Positions 1 through 10,848 of a DNA stretch of 64,000 nucleotides are shown here, piece by piece (the stretch's first letter is position 1; each line of letters starts with the position of its first letter). Both the position numbers and the translations under genes were made by a program. This DNA is from an uncultured Actinomycetes bacterium (GTDB taxonomy: Bacteria > Actinomycetota > Acidimicrobiia > IMCC26256 > PALSA-555): positions 66,801 to 130,800 of the forward strand of contig CAWKGF010000001.1 of NCBI GenBank assembly GCA_963849135.1. The letters run 5' to 3'. Below the pieces are notes generated by a model. It was not told the DNA's origin. It was given only the letters and a program-made list of their open reading frames with translations, and did not search any database.

Positions 1-993
1 GGCGTGCTCCTCATCATCCGGGCCGTGCGCGCCGGCCCCGGCGACACCCGCCGGGCCACCACCCGGGTCATCGCGGCGGTCGTCGTCGGCGGCCTCACCT
101 TCATCCCCTGGCTGCCGACCTTCCTCTACCAGACCCGCCACACCGGGACCCCGTGGGGTGACGCCCGGGTCCCCTGGTCCGCGATCTACGACACGGTGCT
201 GCGCTTCGCGGGCAGCCCCCAGAACGCCGAGACCTACATCCTCCTCTTCGCGCTCGCCACCCTGGTCGGCTTCGGCGTCTTCGGCCGCGGCCGCGACGAC
301 CACACCATCGAGCTCGACCTCCGCACCCAGCCGTCCACCCGCCGGGAGGCGGTGCTCGCGGCCGGGACGCTCGTCCTCGGGACCACCGTCGCGTTCGTCG
401 CCGGCAGCGCCGTCGACCCCCGCTACGCGTCGGTGATGTTCCCGTTCTACGCGCTGCTCGCCGCGGTCGGGATCGCCTGCTTCACGAACCGCTGGGTGCG
501 GGTCGGCGTCCTGGTCGTCGTCGTCGGGATCGGGATCATCGGCGGGGTGCGGAACTACACCACCAGCCGCACCCAGGCGTCCCAGGTCGCAGACGTGATC
601 GTCGCCGACGCGCACCGCGGCGACGTCGTCGCCTACTGCCCCGACCAGCTCGGACCGTCGGGGAGCCGGCTGCTGGGCAACGTCCCCGGCCTCGTGCAGC
701 TCACCTTCCCCGACGGGGCCGCCCCGCAGCGGGTCGACTGGGTCGACTACGTCGCCCGCAACCAGGCTGCCAGCACTCAAGGATTCGCGAACCGGGTGCT
801 GCGCCTCGCCGGGTCCCACACCATCTGGTACGTGTACGCGTACGGGTACGACCACCTGGAGGGCCGCTGCGAAGCCGTCGGCGCGTCGCTGGCCGCGGCC
901 CGGCCGGCCGTGCCGCGCGTCCTGCCCAACGAGGTGATCGACCAGCTCGGCTCGGAGTACGAGTACATGGGCCTCACTGCCTATCGGCCGTGA
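1..993 (+). CDS. Polytopic membrane glycosyltransferase, C-terminal part (GT39/PMT_2-like); 5' end lies outside the window
   Basis: Frame is open from base 1. TM-rich sequence with the motif IPWLPTFLYQTRHTGTPWG followed by a soluble tail, as I recall from actinobacterial PMT_2-type GT-C enzymes. GTGA stop/start overlap with the next gene. Confidence 0.55.
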   Translation, partial: GVLLIIRAVRAGPGDTRRATTRVIAAVVVGGLTFIPWLPTFLYQTRHTGTPWGDARVPWSAIYDTVLRFAGSPQNAETYILLFALATLVGFGVFGRGRDDHTIELDLRTQPSTRREAVLAAGTLVLGTTVAFVAGSAVDPRYASVMFPFYALLAAVGIACFTNRWVRVGVLVVVVGIGIIGGVRNYTTSRTQASQVADVIVADAHRGDVVAYCPDQLGPSGSRLLGNVPGLVQLTFPDGAAPQRVDWVDYVARNQAASTQGFANRVLRLAGSHTIWYVYAYGYDHLEGRCEAVGASLAAARPAVPRVLPNEVIDQLGSEYEYMGLTAYRP

Positions 994-2126
994 CCAAGAC
1001 CTGGCGCCGCGTCACCGACAGCCGGTTCGTGCGCGACGACCTGCGCGCCGCGGTCATCCCGTGGCTCGTCGCCCGGGCCCTCGTGCTCGCCGCGCTCGCC
1101 GTGGCGCGCTTCAGCGCCGACCAGATCGCCAAGCGCCCCGAGCCGGTCCAGCTCCACCAGGGCCTCTACGCGTGGGACGCCGCCTTCTACCGCAGCCTGG
1201 CCATGAACGGCTACACCGGCCTGCCCCGCTCCGCGCTGCGGTTCTTCCCGCTCGTCCCGATCCTCACCCGTGCCCTCGGGACGGTCCTCCTCGGTCACGA
1301 CGGGCTGGCGCTGCTCCTCATCGCCAACGGGTCCGCGCTCGTCTTCGCGGCGCTCCTGCACCGCATCGCCTGGCTCGAGACCGGCGACGCCCGCCTCGCG
1401 CAACGAGCGGCGTGGTTCGGCGCCGTGTTCCCCCCCTTCTCGGTGCTCGTGCTCGGCTACGCCGACGCGACCGCCATGGCCCTCGCCGCCGGCGTGTTCC
1501 TGGCCCTCCGGACCCGCCGCTTCGGATGGGCGATCCCCCTCGGCGTCCTAGCCGGGGCGTGCCGGCCGGTCGGGGTGCTGCTCGTCGCTCCCGCCGCGTT
1601 CGAAGCCGCGCCCGGCTGGTGGTCCGCCACCGGCCGGGACCAGGCCCGGCGCGTCGGCGCGGTGCTCGCCCCCGCGGTCGGCCTCGGCGCCTTCCTCGCC
1701 TACTCCGGGGTCGCGTTCGGCGACGCGTTCGAGCCGCTCACCATCCAGAACCAAGCCAAGCTGCGCGGCCGCTTCCAGTTCCCGATCACCAGCCTCTGGG
1801 ACGGGATCCGCGACCTCGTCCACGCCGGCCGGTTCGGTCCCGGGCTGCACGTCATCTGGGCGGCCGGGTTCGCGGTCCTGCTCGTCGTCGTGTGGCGTCG
1901 ACTCCCCGGCTCGTACACCGCGTACGCCGCTGTCGCGCTGCTCCTCGGCCTCTCCGCGCACAACCTCGACAGCTTCGAGCGGTACGCGGCCAGCACGCTG
2001 CCGTTCCTCCTCGCGGTCGCGATCATCACCTCGAGACCCAAAGTCGAGCGGGCCGCGCTCGCGCTCGCCTCGGCGGGCCTCTTCGCCTACTCGCTGCTCG
2101 CCTTCTTCGGCGTCTACGTGCCCTGA
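990..2126 (+). CDS. Integral membrane mannosyltransferase-like protein (PIG-V / GT-C-like)
   Basis: 378-aa ORF with many TM segments and the motif YAWDAAFYRSLAMNGY, which resembles the WDxxxYxxIAxxGY signature of PIG-V-type mannosyltransferases. High GC3 coding bias. Confidence 0.55.
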   Translation: MTKTWRRVTDSRFVRDDLRAAVIPWLVARALVLAALAVARFSADQIAKRPEPVQLHQGLYAWDAAFYRSLAMNGYTGLPRSALRFFPLVPILTRALGTVLLGHDGLALLLIANGSALVFAALLHRIAWLETGDARLAQRAAWFGAVFPPFSVLVLGYADATAMALAAGVFLALRTRRFGWAIPLGVLAGACRPVGVLLVAPAAFEAAPGWWSATGRDQARRVGAVLAPAVGLGAFLAYSGVAFGDAFEPLTIQNQAKLRGRFQFPITSLWDGIRDLVHAGRFGPGLHVIWAAGFAVLLVVVWRRLPGSYTAYAAVALLLGLSAHNLDSFERYAASTLPFLLAVAIITSRPKVERAALALASAGLFAYSLLAFFGVYVP

Positions 2127-2169
2127 ACCACCCGAACCGCGCCCTGCCGTCGGTAGGCTGGGGCATCCC

Positions 2170-3631
2170 GTGACCGACACCCCCGATTCCTCGGGCCCGC
2201 TCAACGTCGTCATCATCGGCGCCGGGCCGGCCGGCCTCACCGCCGCCTACCAGCTCTCCAAGCGCGGCGTCACGTCGACGGTCCTCGAATCCGACGACGT
2301 GGTCGGCGGGATCAGCCGCACCGCGGTGCGCGACGGATGGCGCTTCGACATCGGCGGCCACCGCTTCTTCACCAAGGTCACTCCGGTCGAGGAGCTCTGG
2401 TTCGAGATCCTCGGCCCCGACGACTTCCTCCGCCGGCCCCGCAAGAGCCGCATCTACTACGACGGGAAGTTCATCGACTACCCGCTGGCGCCCGTCAACG
2501 CCCTCCGGAGCCTCGGGTTCGTCGAGGCGGTCCGCTGCGTCGGCTCCTACGTGTGGGCGCGGATCCACCCGCCCAAGGACCAGACCAACCTCGAGGGCTT
2601 CTACGTGGCCCGGTTCGGCTGGCGGCTCTACCGCATCTTCTTTAAGACCTACACCGAGAAGCTCTGGGGCGTCCCCGTCTCGGACATCCAGTCCGACTGG
2701 GGCGCCCAGCGGGTCAAGGACCTCTCCTTGTTCCGAGCCGTGTTCGAGGCCCTGAAGCCCAAGTGGATCCGGCGCAGCCGCGACAAGTCCCAGCAGGTCA
2801 CCAGCCTCATCGAGGAGTTCAACTACCCCAAGTACGGGCCGGGGATGATGTGGGAGCGGGCCGCGGACTCGTCACCGCCCGCGGCACCAAGGTCGTGCTC
2901 CAATCCCGGGTCGAGAAGGTCCACCACGCCGACGGCCGCGCCGTGGCGGTCACCGCGACCACCGACGGGGTGCCGACCCGCTACGACTGCACCCACGGTC
3001 ATCTCCTCGATGCCGCTCGGCGCGCTGGTCCGGGCCATGGACCCGCCCGCCCCGCCCGAGGTGCTGGCCGCCGCCGACGGCCTCACCTTCCGTGACTTCA
3101 TCACCGTGGCGCTCGTCGTGCCCGCCGACCGGGTCCCCTGGGACGACAACTGGATCTACATCCACGCCCCCGAGGTCCAGACCATGCGGATCCAGAACTT
3201 CGGGTCCTGGTCGCCGTACCTGGTCAAGGACGGCCGCAACGTCCTCGGCCTCGAGTACACGGTCTGGGAGCGCGACCCGGCCTGGACGGCACCCGACCAC
3301 GACCTCATCGAGCAGGGCAAGCACGAGCTCGAGCGTGCTCGGCCTGGTCCGATCCGCCGACATCGACGCCGGCTACGTGGTGCGGATGCCGAAGGCCTAC
3401 CCGATGTACGACGCCACCTTCAAAGCCAACGTCGACACGCTCCGAGGCTGGCTCTCCGAGCACGCCGCCAACGTGTACCCGGTCGGTCGCAACGGCATGC
3501 ACCGGTACAACAACCAGGACCACTCGATGTACACCGCGATGCTCTCGGTCGAGAACATCTTCGGCGCCGACCACGACGTGTGGACGGTCAACGTCGAAGC
3601 CGACTACCACGAGGAGCGCACCGACCCGTAG
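2170..3631 (+). CDS. NAD(P)/FAD-dependent oxidoreductase (amine-oxidase / UDP-galactopyranose-mutase-like fold); reading frame broken three times in this assembly
   Basis: N-terminal Rossmann motif VVIIGAGPAGLTAAY...ESDDVVGG. Conserved sequence continues across frames: frame 1 to about 2868, frame 0 to about 2997, frame 1 to about 3334, then frame 2 to the stop at 3631 (..RNGMHRYNNQDHSMYTAM..). Confidence 0.8.
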
Positions 3632-3647
3632 CCGGGCCGGGTGGTGC

Positions 3648-4400
3648 TCAGGTGGCCCGGGCGGCCCGGCGGGCGGCGCGACGCCGACCCCGGGCGAAGT
3701 CCCGCACCCCCCACCAGGTGACGAGCGACAGCTCCTCGGCCGCGACGGCCAGCGACATCTTCGACTGCCCGCGCACCCGGTCCGTGAACGTGATCGGGAC
3801 CTCGACCAGCCGGCCGCTCCACTGCCACAGCCGGTAGGCGGTCTCGATCTGGAACCCGTAGCCGCGGGAGCGGGTCTCGGCGTAGTCGATCGCCTGCAGC
3901 GCCTCCGCCCGGTAGGCGCGGAACCCCGACGTCGCGTCGTGCACGTTGAACCCGAGCAGCAGCGCCGCGTACCGGTTCCCGTACTTCGACAGCGCCCGGC
4001 GCCGGCGCGGCCAGTGCGGGATCGACCCGCCCGGCACGTACCGGGAGCCGATCACCGCGTCGGCGTCCCCGGCCGCGACCGGTCCGACGATGGCCGGCAG
4101 CGCGGCCGGGTCGTGCGACAGGTCGGCGTCCATCTGGCAGAGGACCTCGACGCCCCGCTCGATGCCCCACCCGAACCCGGCCCGGTAGGCGCTGCCGAGC
4201 CCCGACTTGGCCGGACGGCGCAACAGCGAGATCTGGCCCAGCTCGGCGGCCGTCTGCTCCACCACGTCCCCGGTGCCGTCGGGGCTGTCGTCGTCGACGA
4301 CGAGCAGGTCGGCGCCGGGCAGCGCGGCCCGCGCCCGGCGCAGCACCTCCGCCACGTTCGCCGCCTCCTCGTAGGTCGGCACGACGACCAGGGTCTTCAT
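3648..4400 (-). CDS. ppm1: Polyprenol-phosphate mannose synthase (GT2, Ppm1/Dpm1-like)
   Basis: MKTLVVVPTYEEAANV...VVDDDSPDGT...MDADLSHDP...GSRYVPGG...DATSGFRAY. These are the classic DPM1/Ppm1 motifs. The long upstream ORF extension (to 5888) is an antisense artefact. Confidence 0.85.
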   Translation of the reverse strand: MKTLVVVPTYEEAANVAEVLRRARAALPGADLLVVDDDSPDGTGDVVEQTAAELGQISLLRRPAKSGLGSAYRAGFGWGIERGVEVLCQMDADLSHDPAALPAIVGPVAAGDADAVIGSRYVPGGSIPHWPRRRRALSKYGNRYAALLLGFNVHDATSGFRAYRAEALQAIDYAETRSRGYGFQIETAYRLWQWSGRLVEVPITFTDRVRGQSKMSLAVAAEELSLVTWWGVRDFARGRRRAARRAARAT

Positions 4401-4411
4401 GGCGGGGGAGC

Positions 4412-6100
4412 CTACTGACCGTCCGCTACGGGACGGGAGCGTTCCCGTGCGCGGCATCGCACCAGCAGCGCGTACAACGGGTCGTTCTTCACCGTGCAGA
4501 AGTCCTTCTTCAACACGTCGTTCGGCTTCTCCGGCCCGTAGTCGAGCGAGTAGTTCGGTTCCACCCACTTGTCCCACACTCGGGACAGGATCACGATGTT
4601 CGCCGACGCGACGTCCGAGGCCAGCCGGGAGTTCTTGGCGTTCGCGACCCCCGGATCCATCTCGATGTAGTAGGTGGCCGGGGTCAGGTCCGGCAGCATG
4701 TAGTAGATGAACGCGTCGCTGTACGGGGTCTTGCGCAGGTCTCCGGTGCCCACGAACAGCCGCTGCCCCGGCTTCGAGACCTTGTCGGCCAGGTGCAGGA
4801 TCTGGGTCAGCTGCGTCTGGACCGCCCGCCGGCCGTAGAAGAAGTCCCGCCCGTCGTTCTTGATCTCGAACGAGTTGCGGTGCAACCCGAACGTCTGCGC
4901 GGACAGGTCCGCGTAATTGCGGAGCATGTAGTTCGGGATGACCAGGTACAGGAACGCCGCGATCGGCACCATCGCCACCGCGACCAGACGGGTCCAGCTC
5001 CAGCCCGGCCGGCGGGCCCGCAGGATCTCCACCCCGAGGACGGGGAGGAAGCCGAACGGCACGCAGCTCACCCACGCCACGTGCGTCGTGTCGGGCCGCT
5101 GCAGCGCCTGGGGGAGGATCCCGACCGAGAACGCGGTCACCAGCACCAAGGTCAGGGTCCGCACGTCGTGGCGGGCGTGACGCCACAAGTAGAAGGACAC
5201 CGCGGCGAGGAGCACCAGGCTGAACAGGAGGAGGAAGAACCAGACCGTCAGCTGCGCGGGGGCGGGGATGCGGGGGATCGCCCACTTCAACGCCCCGTGC
5301 TCCCCGGCGCCGATGAGGAACCCGTCGAACTGGCTCAGCCGGGGCGGCACCGGCAGGCGCCGGCCGGCCCGGAGCTTGAAGACGGGGGTGACGATGATCC
5401 CCTCGATGGTGTTGTGGAGCCCCGCCATCGCGACCTGCACCAGGTAGAGGCTCAGCAGCGCGGCTAGCCCGGCGGCCAGCCACTTGCGCGCCGAGCGGGC
5501 CAGCGCCGGCACCAGGAAGAGCCCGACCAGCACGACGGCGACGATCAGGTCGGGCCGGTACAGCAGGGCCAGGCCGAACAGTGCCCCGCTCGTCAACGCC
5601 AGCCCGCGGGCGCCGCGGGGGGTCTCGGCCCGGGTCGAGGCCAGCCCCGCCACCAGCCCGAACAGCCCGAACGCCACCGCCCCGTTCCAGGCCAGGGCGG
5701 TCAACCCGATCGGCGGCAGGATGATCAGCGCCGTGATCGTCGCCCCCAGCACGGCGAGCTTGCGGCCCCACGGCCGCAGGATCAGAAAGAAGATCCCGAA
5801 GATGATCCCGAGCAGCTGCGCCAGCCCGACCAGCCGCTCGGCGAGCAGCGACACCCCGAACACCTTGAACACCGCGGCGAGGCCCCACACGCCGCCCGGC
5901 CCGTAGAGATAGAGGAAGTCCTTGTTCGGGACCGCGCCCTTGAGGAACTGCTCGGCGAACACGAGCATGAATCCCTCTTCCATCGGCGGCCCCTGCTGCA
6001 CCAGCAGGCCGCGCAACGGCACCGCGACGACGACGCAGACCATCAAGATCGCGATCGCCGTCCTCTGGCGAGGTGTCAACGCGGACAAGCGCCCGAGCAC
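4412..6100 (-). CDS. Large polytopic membrane protein with C-terminal soluble domain (possible GT-C glycosyltransferase)
   Basis: At least 10 hydrophobic segments followed by a roughly 170-aa hydrophilic C-terminus. GTG start at 6100 chosen (a downstream in-frame Met, beginning MVCVV, is the alternative). Divergent from the GT2 gene at 6176. Function inferred from context only. Confidence 0.5.
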   Translation of the reverse strand: MLGRLSALTPRQRTAIAILMVCVVVAVPLRGLLVQQGPPMEEGFMLVFAEQFLKGAVPNKDFLYLYGPGGVWGLAAVFKVFGVSLLAERLVGLAQLLGIIFGIFFLILRPWGRKLAVLGATITALIILPPIGLTALAWNGAVAFGLFGLVAGLASTRAETPRGARGLALTSGALFGLALLYRPDLIVAVVLVGLFLVPALARSARKWLAAGLAALLSLYLVQVAMAGLHNTIEGIIVTPVFKLRAGRRLPVPPRLSQFDGFLIGAGEHGALKWAIPRIPAPAQLTVWFFLLLFSLVLLAAVSFYLWRHARHDVRTLTLVLVTAFSVGILPQALQRPDTTHVAWVSCVPFGFLPVLGVEILRARRPGWSWTRLVAVAMVPIAAFLYLVIPNYMLRNYADLSAQTFGLHRNSFEIKNDGRDFFYGRRAVQTQLTQILHLADKVSKPGQRLFVGTGDLRKTPYSDAFIYYMLPDLTPATYYIEMDPGVANAKNSRLASDVASANIVILSRVWDKWVEPNYSLDYGPEKPNDVLKKDFCTVKNDPLYALLVRCRARERSRPVADGQ

Positions 6101-6175
6101 GTCGCTCCTGTCGTAGAAGGGGGCTTCCCCGCGTGCCCCGCGCGGACGTCCGGGCCGGCTCGGATCCAGGCCCAG

Positions 6176-6964
6176 ATGCCAGGCGAGAGGGTACCGTCTC
6201 GTCCTGTTCGACCTTTGATCATCGTCCCGGCCTACAACGAAGAGGGCGCGCTCCCGTCGACGCTGCGGGGGATCGCCGGCGTGCGGCCGGCGGTCGATGT
6301 CGTCGTCGTCGACGACGGATCCCGGGACCACACCGCCGACGCCGCGGCCGCCGCCGGCGCCAGCGTCCTCCAGCTCCCCTTCAACCTCGGGGTCGGCGCG
6401 GCCGTCCGCACCGGGCTGCACTACGCGGCGAGCGAAGGCTACGAGCGCGTCGTCGTCATGGACGCGGACGGCCAGCACGACCCCGACGGCGTGTCCGTGC
6501 TGCTCACCGCGCTCGACCACGCCGACCTCGTCATCGGCAGCCGGTTCGGGCCCGGTGCTCCGGACTACCCGGTCGGCCGCACCCGACGCCGCGCCATGCG
6601 CTTCCTCGCCGCCATCGTGCGGCTCCGCACCGGGCAGCGCTTCACCGACGTCACCTCCGGGTTCCGCGCCATGCGACGTCCCGTCATCGAGCTGCTCGCC
6701 GCCGAGTACCCCGCCGAGTACCTCGCTGACACCGTCGAGGCGCTCCTCATCGTCCACGACCACGGGCTGTCGATCGGCGAGGTCCCCGTGCCGATGCGGC
6801 CCCGCACCGCCGGGGTCCCCTCGAGCCGTGGGATCCTGCTCGCCCTCAACTACCTTCGGGTGCTGGTCGGCATCCTGAGCTCCACGGTGTTCCGCCGCCG
6901 TCCCCCGGCGTCCGGCGCACCGGCCCGGGAGCCCGGCGCGCCGACCGGGGAGGAGGAACGATGA
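6176..6964 (+). CDS. Glycosyltransferase family 2
   Basis: LIIVPAYNEEGAL...VVVVDDGSRDHT...MDADGQHDP...IGSRF. These are GT2 DXD-type motifs. ATGA overlap with the downstream DUF2304 gene. Confidence 0.85.
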   Translation: MPGERVPSRPVRPLIIVPAYNEEGALPSTLRGIAGVRPAVDVVVVDDGSRDHTADAAAAAGASVLQLPFNLGVGAAVRTGLHYAASEGYERVVVMDADGQHDPDGVSVLLTALDHADLVIGSRFGPGAPDYPVGRTRRRAMRFLAAIVRLRTGQRFTDVTSGFRAMRRPVIELLAAEYPAEYLADTVEALLIVHDHGLSIGEVPVPMRPRTAGVPSSRGILLALNYLRVLVGILSSTVFRRRPPASGAPAREPGAPTGEEER

Positions 6965-7323
6965 GGACGTCGGCTCACATCCTCGTGCTGGTTCTGAGCG
7001 TGCTGGTCGTGCTGTTCATCGCCCGGCTCGTGGCGCTCCGCCAGCTGCGCAGCAAGTACGCCCTGCTGTGGCTCGCCAGCGCGGTGCTGCTCCTGCCGCT
7101 CGCCGCGGTGCCGTCCCTCCTGAACGACCTGGCCAGCTGGGCCGGCTTCAAGTACGCGCCCGACCTGCTGTTCTTCTTCGCGACCGGGTTCCTGTTCGCG
7201 GTCGTGATGCACTTCTCCTGGGAGCTGTCCCGCCTCGAGACGCGCGTCCGGCTCCTCGCCGAGGAGCTCGCCCTCGAACGGGCCCGGCGGGTCAGCACCC
7301 AATCGGAGGCACCCGACCGGTAG
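6961..7323 (+). CDS. DUF2304 family small membrane protein (GT2 partner)
   Basis: 120 aa with three or four TM segments and a C-terminal coiled segment (SRLETRVRLLAEELALE). The sequence pattern and the translationally coupled position after a GT2 match my recollection of DUF2304. Confidence 0.7.
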   Translation: MRTSAHILVLVLSVLVVLFIARLVALRQLRSKYALLWLASAVLLLPLAAVPSLLNDLASWAGFKYAPDLLFFFATGFLFAVVMHFSWELSRLETRVRLLAEELALERARRVSTQSEAPDR

Positions 7324-7333
7324 AGTTCGGCCA

Positions 7334-8737
7334 ATGCTCGCCCGGTTGAGCACCAAATCCCGCCGGTTCTACGCCTGGGTCGCCGCCGCGTGGGCCATTG
7401 GGCTCGCGGTCCGGCTCTTCTACGCGCTCCAGTACAAGTGGAACCAGACCATCTACGGCGACGCTGCCTACTTCTTCTACCAAGCGCGGGCCATCTCCGA
7501 AGGCCACTGGTTCGTCGACGCGCTCCGCTGGCACTGGCTCCACCAGGGCTTCCACCCCGGCGCCGAGCACCCGCCCCTCTACACGCTGTTCCTCACCGTG
7601 CCCGACGTCCTCGGCTTCGGGACGTTCCGCGAGGCGATGATCGCCAGCGTCCTGCTTGGCTCTCTCACCGTGATCGCCGTCGCCTACCTCGGCCGCGAGG
7701 TCGGAGGGTGGAAGGTCGGCGTCGTCGCCGGCTTCCTCGCCGCCATCTACGCCAACCTGTGGATCAACGACGCCCTCGTCATCTCCGAGACCGTCGCCGC
7801 ACTCGCCATCGCGCTGTTCATCCTCTTCGCCTACAAGTTCTGGCGACAGCCCACCTGGAAGCACGCGGCCTGGTTCGGGTTCTTCGGCGCGCTCTGCGTC
7901 CTCAGCCGGGCCGAGTTCGCGTTCCTCGTCCCCTGCCTCGGCCTCGTGCTCGCCCTCACCGCCCGCACCCTCCCGATGCGCCAGCGACTCGAGCGCCTCG
8001 GCGTCATGGCGCTGCTCGTCGCGCTGCCCGTCACCCCATGGGTCGCCTACAACATGGTGCGCTTCGACCATGCGGTCACGCTCGACACCGGAGGCGAGTT
8101 CACCCTCGCCAACACCAACTGCGCCGGCACCTACTACGGACCGAACCTCGGCTGGTGGGACGCCAGCTGCCTCGCCAACCGCTACCAGCAGAAGGGCGAC
8201 GAGTCGAGCGTCGCGCTGCACTACGAGCACCAGGGGCTCACCTACGCCGAGCACCACCTCAGCCGGCTCCCGATCGTGCTGGCGGCGCGGGTCGGGCGGA
8301 TGTGGGGCCTGTTCCGACCCATCCAGCAGCTGCCGAAGGAGGACTTCGAGCAGGGCCGTGGGCCCCGTACGATCACGAAGCTCGCCCTCCTCGAGTACTA
8401 CGCGCTGGCGATCCTCGCCATCTGGGGCCTCGTCATGCTCCGGCGCCGCAAGGTGATCATCTACCCGCTGGTGTCGCTGGCCGTCATCGCGACCGTCGCC
8501 GCGATGCTCGCCTTCGGCGCGACCCGCTACCGGGTCCCGGCCGAGATCGCGATCGTCGTCGCCGCCGCGGTCCCCCTCACCGCGTTCCTCGAGTACGCGG
8601 GCGCGGGAGCTGAGACCGCCGCAGATCTCCAGCGGCCCGCCGGGGCCCGACGCCAACGGGTCCGGGCCGAGCGAGACCGCCGAGGACACGCCGAAGCTCG
8701 ACGAGACCGTCGGCGCGCCGGTCGGGCCCTGAGCTGA
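7334..8737 (+). CDS. Glycosyltransferase family 39 (ArnT/PMT-like) membrane protein
   Basis: 467-aa polytopic protein. The N-terminal region (YGDAAYFFYQARAISEGHWF...EHPPLYTLFL) resembles ArnT/Pmt-type GT-C enzymes. Confidence 0.7.
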   Translation: MLARLSTKSRRFYAWVAAAWAIGLAVRLFYALQYKWNQTIYGDAAYFFYQARAISEGHWFVDALRWHWLHQGFHPGAEHPPLYTLFLTVPDVLGFGTFREAMIASVLLGSLTVIAVAYLGREVGGWKVGVVAGFLAAIYANLWINDALVISETVAALAIALFILFAYKFWRQPTWKHAAWFGFFGALCVLSRAEFAFLVPCLGLVLALTARTLPMRQRLERLGVMALLVALPVTPWVAYNMVRFDHAVTLDTGGEFTLANTNCAGTYYGPNLGWWDASCLANRYQQKGDESSVALHYEHQGLTYAEHHLSRLPIVLAARVGRMWGLFRPIQQLPKEDFEQGRGPRTITKLALLEYYALAILAIWGLVMLRRRKVIIYPLVSLAVIATVAAMLAFGATRYRVPAEIAIVVAAAVPLTAFLEYAGAGAETAADLQRPAGARRQRVRAERDRRGHAEARRDRRRAGRALS

Positions 8738-8744
8738 CCGCCCC

Positions 8745-9557
8745 TCAGCGGGGCGGGCACACGTTCGACGTCAGCTGCAAGGTGACCGCGTTGTACGAGG
8801 TCGAGTGCGTGTACACGGCGGCCTGCCGCCATGACCCCGACTGCCACTGCTTCGACGGCGGGGCGAGGCCGAGCGGCTTCTGCAACGTGTCGTAGACCAG
8901 CTGACCCAGGCGGGCTGCGCCGTCCGGGCACAGGTGCTGCCCGTCGACCTTCCGGACCCGCACCAGCCGACCGTTCGGGCCGGGCAGGAACATCGCGTAC
9001 TGACCGTTCGGCCCGTCGAACGTCGAATCGGGCGACACGAAGTGGACATCGGGTCGGGTCGCGGCCTGCTCCTCGACGATGTGGTTCAGGTTGGCCCGCT
9101 GCGCCTCGTTCTCGAACCGGGCCGAGCCGGGCAGCATGCCGACCCACGCCACCTGCTCCCCGCGCCCGGTGAGCAGGTCCATGACCTGGCCGACCAGCGC
9201 GCCGTACGCGACCGGGTGCGCCGCCGCGTACGCCAGGTCGAAGCCGCCCAGGAGGATCGCCACCCCGGTCGGTTTGGTCTGGTTCAGGATCGTCGTGTAG
9301 TCGACCCGCCAGTTCGACTTGGTGAGGCCGTAGCCCGGGAACGCCCGCGGGTAGACGGTCACGTGCCCGGTGGACGTCAGGATGGCCTGGATCCCGGGGG
9401 AGCCGTCCACCATGACCGAGTCGCCCAGGATCGTGACCACCTGGCTCGGGTGGCGGGCCGGCTTCGGGTGCGGCGCCGCGGCGACCGGGGTCGCCCCGAG
9501 CCCCGCCGCGACCGCGCAGGCCACGACCGCGACGAGACCCCGGCGGAGGCTCAGCAT
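8745..9557 (-). CDS. Secreted SGNH/GDSL-like hydrolase family protein
   Basis: Signal peptide MLSLRRGLVAVVACAVAAG..AAP, then VVTILGDSVM (block I GDS) and a C-terminal KVDGQHLCPDGAARLG. Start at the Met at 9557. The longer ORF to 9860 is unsupported. Confidence 0.7.
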   Translation of the reverse strand: MLSLRRGLVAVVACAVAAGLGATPVAAAPHPKPARHPSQVVTILGDSVMVDGSPGIQAILTSTGHVTVYPRAFPGYGLTKSNWRVDYTTILNQTKPTGVAILLGGFDLAYAAAHPVAYGALVGQVMDLLTGRGEQVAWVGMLPGSARFENEAQRANLNHIVEEQAATRPDVHFVSPDSTFDGPNGQYAMFLPGPNGRLVRVRKVDGQHLCPDGAARLGQLVYDTLQKPLGLAPPSKQWQSGSWRQAAVYTHSTSYNAVTLQLTSNVCPPR

Positions 9558-9659
9558 GGGCGGCGATGGTACGGGAGGCGGCCGCCGAGCCCGCCGCGTG
9601 CCAGGGTGGGCGGGGTGTCCGTCGCTAGGCTTGCGTGCTTCCTGCCCGCGGAGGACCCT

Positions 9660-10848
9660 GTGGACAGCCGCGACGTCGAGCCCGGGCCCGGGTCCGCCGA
9701 CGCCAAGCTTGGTGACATCGCCGCCACCGCCGGCCTGCAGCGCATCCACCTGCTGGCCTGGCGGGACCTCGACGACCCCGAAGCGGGCGGCTCCGAGCCT
9801 CCACGCCCACATGATCGCCTCCCGGTGGGCTCGCGCCGGACTCGACGTGACCATGCGCACCTCGTTCGCGGCCGACCACCCGACCGTCGGTCACCGGGAC
9901 GGCTACCGGGTCATCCGCAAGGCCGGCCGCTACCTCGTGTTTCCCCGCGCCGCGCTCTCCGAGCGGGCCGGGTTCCACGGGCCCACCGACGGGCTGGTCG
10001 AGATCTGGAACGGCATGCCCTTCTTCTCCCCGCTCTGGTGCCGGGGGCCTCGGATCGTCTTCCTCCACCATCTCCACGCCGAGATGTGGGACATGACCCT
10101 CTCGCCCGACCTCGCCCGGCTCGGCCGGTTCGTCGAGGCCCGCCTCGCGCCGCCGCTCTACCGGCGGACCAGCATCGTCACCCTCTCCGAATTGTCGAGG
10201 CACGAGCTCGTCACCGAGATGCGCTTCCGGGCCGACCGGGTCCGGGTCGTGCACCCCGGCGTCGAGCCCCGCTTCAGCCCCGGCGCGGCGAAGGCGCCCC
10301 ACCCGACCGTGCTCTCGGTCGGGCGCCTCGTCCCGGTGAAGCGCTTCCACCTCCTCCTCGACTCCCTCGTCGAGCTGCGCGCCCGGATCCCCGACCTCGA
10401 AGCGATCATCGTGGGGGAGGGCTATGAGCGCGAGCGGATCGAAGCCGCCCGCCGCGACGCCGACGCCGAGGACTGGATCCACCTGCCGGGCCGGGTCGAC
10501 GACGACACCCTCCTCGACCTGTACCGCAGCTCCTGGGTCGTCGCCAGCGCCTCGGCCCGCGAAGGCTGGGGGATGACGATCACCGAAGCCGCCGCGTGCG
10601 GCACCCCGGCCGTGGTGACGAACATCGCCGGGCACCGCGACGCGGTCGTCGACGGTGAGAGCGGGCTGCTCGTCGACGACGCCACGCAGCTCGCCGACGC
10701 ACTCGATCGAGTGCTCACCGACCCGACGCTGCGAGCCCGGCTCGGCAGCGGGGCGATCGCCCGCGCCGCCGAGTGCAGCTGGGATGCCACCGCCGTCGGG
10801 ACGCTCGAAGCGCTCGCGGCGGACGCGGTGCGGCGCCGCCGAGCGTGA
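9660..10848 (+). CDS. Glycosyltransferase family 4 (GT-B); one frameshift near 9797
   Basis: The N-terminus RIHLLAWRDLDDPEAGGSE (frame 0) continues as LHAHMIASRWARAGLDVT (frame 1) after an extra C at about 9797. The C-terminal half has EGWGMTITEAAACGTPAV, which is the GT4 E-x7-E region. Confidence 0.8.

Noticed and set aside
3648-5888. 746-aa ORF suggesting a large fusion protein upstream of the Ppm1 domain, and likewise the 783-aa extension 4412..6763.
   Set aside because: Only the C-terminal 250 aa, from MKTLVVVPTYEE, look like a real protein. The upstream part is Arg/Gly/Pro low-complexity sequence overlapping the genuine membrane-protein gene in another frame. The 4412 ORF's N-terminal 220 aa overlap the divergent GT2 gene.
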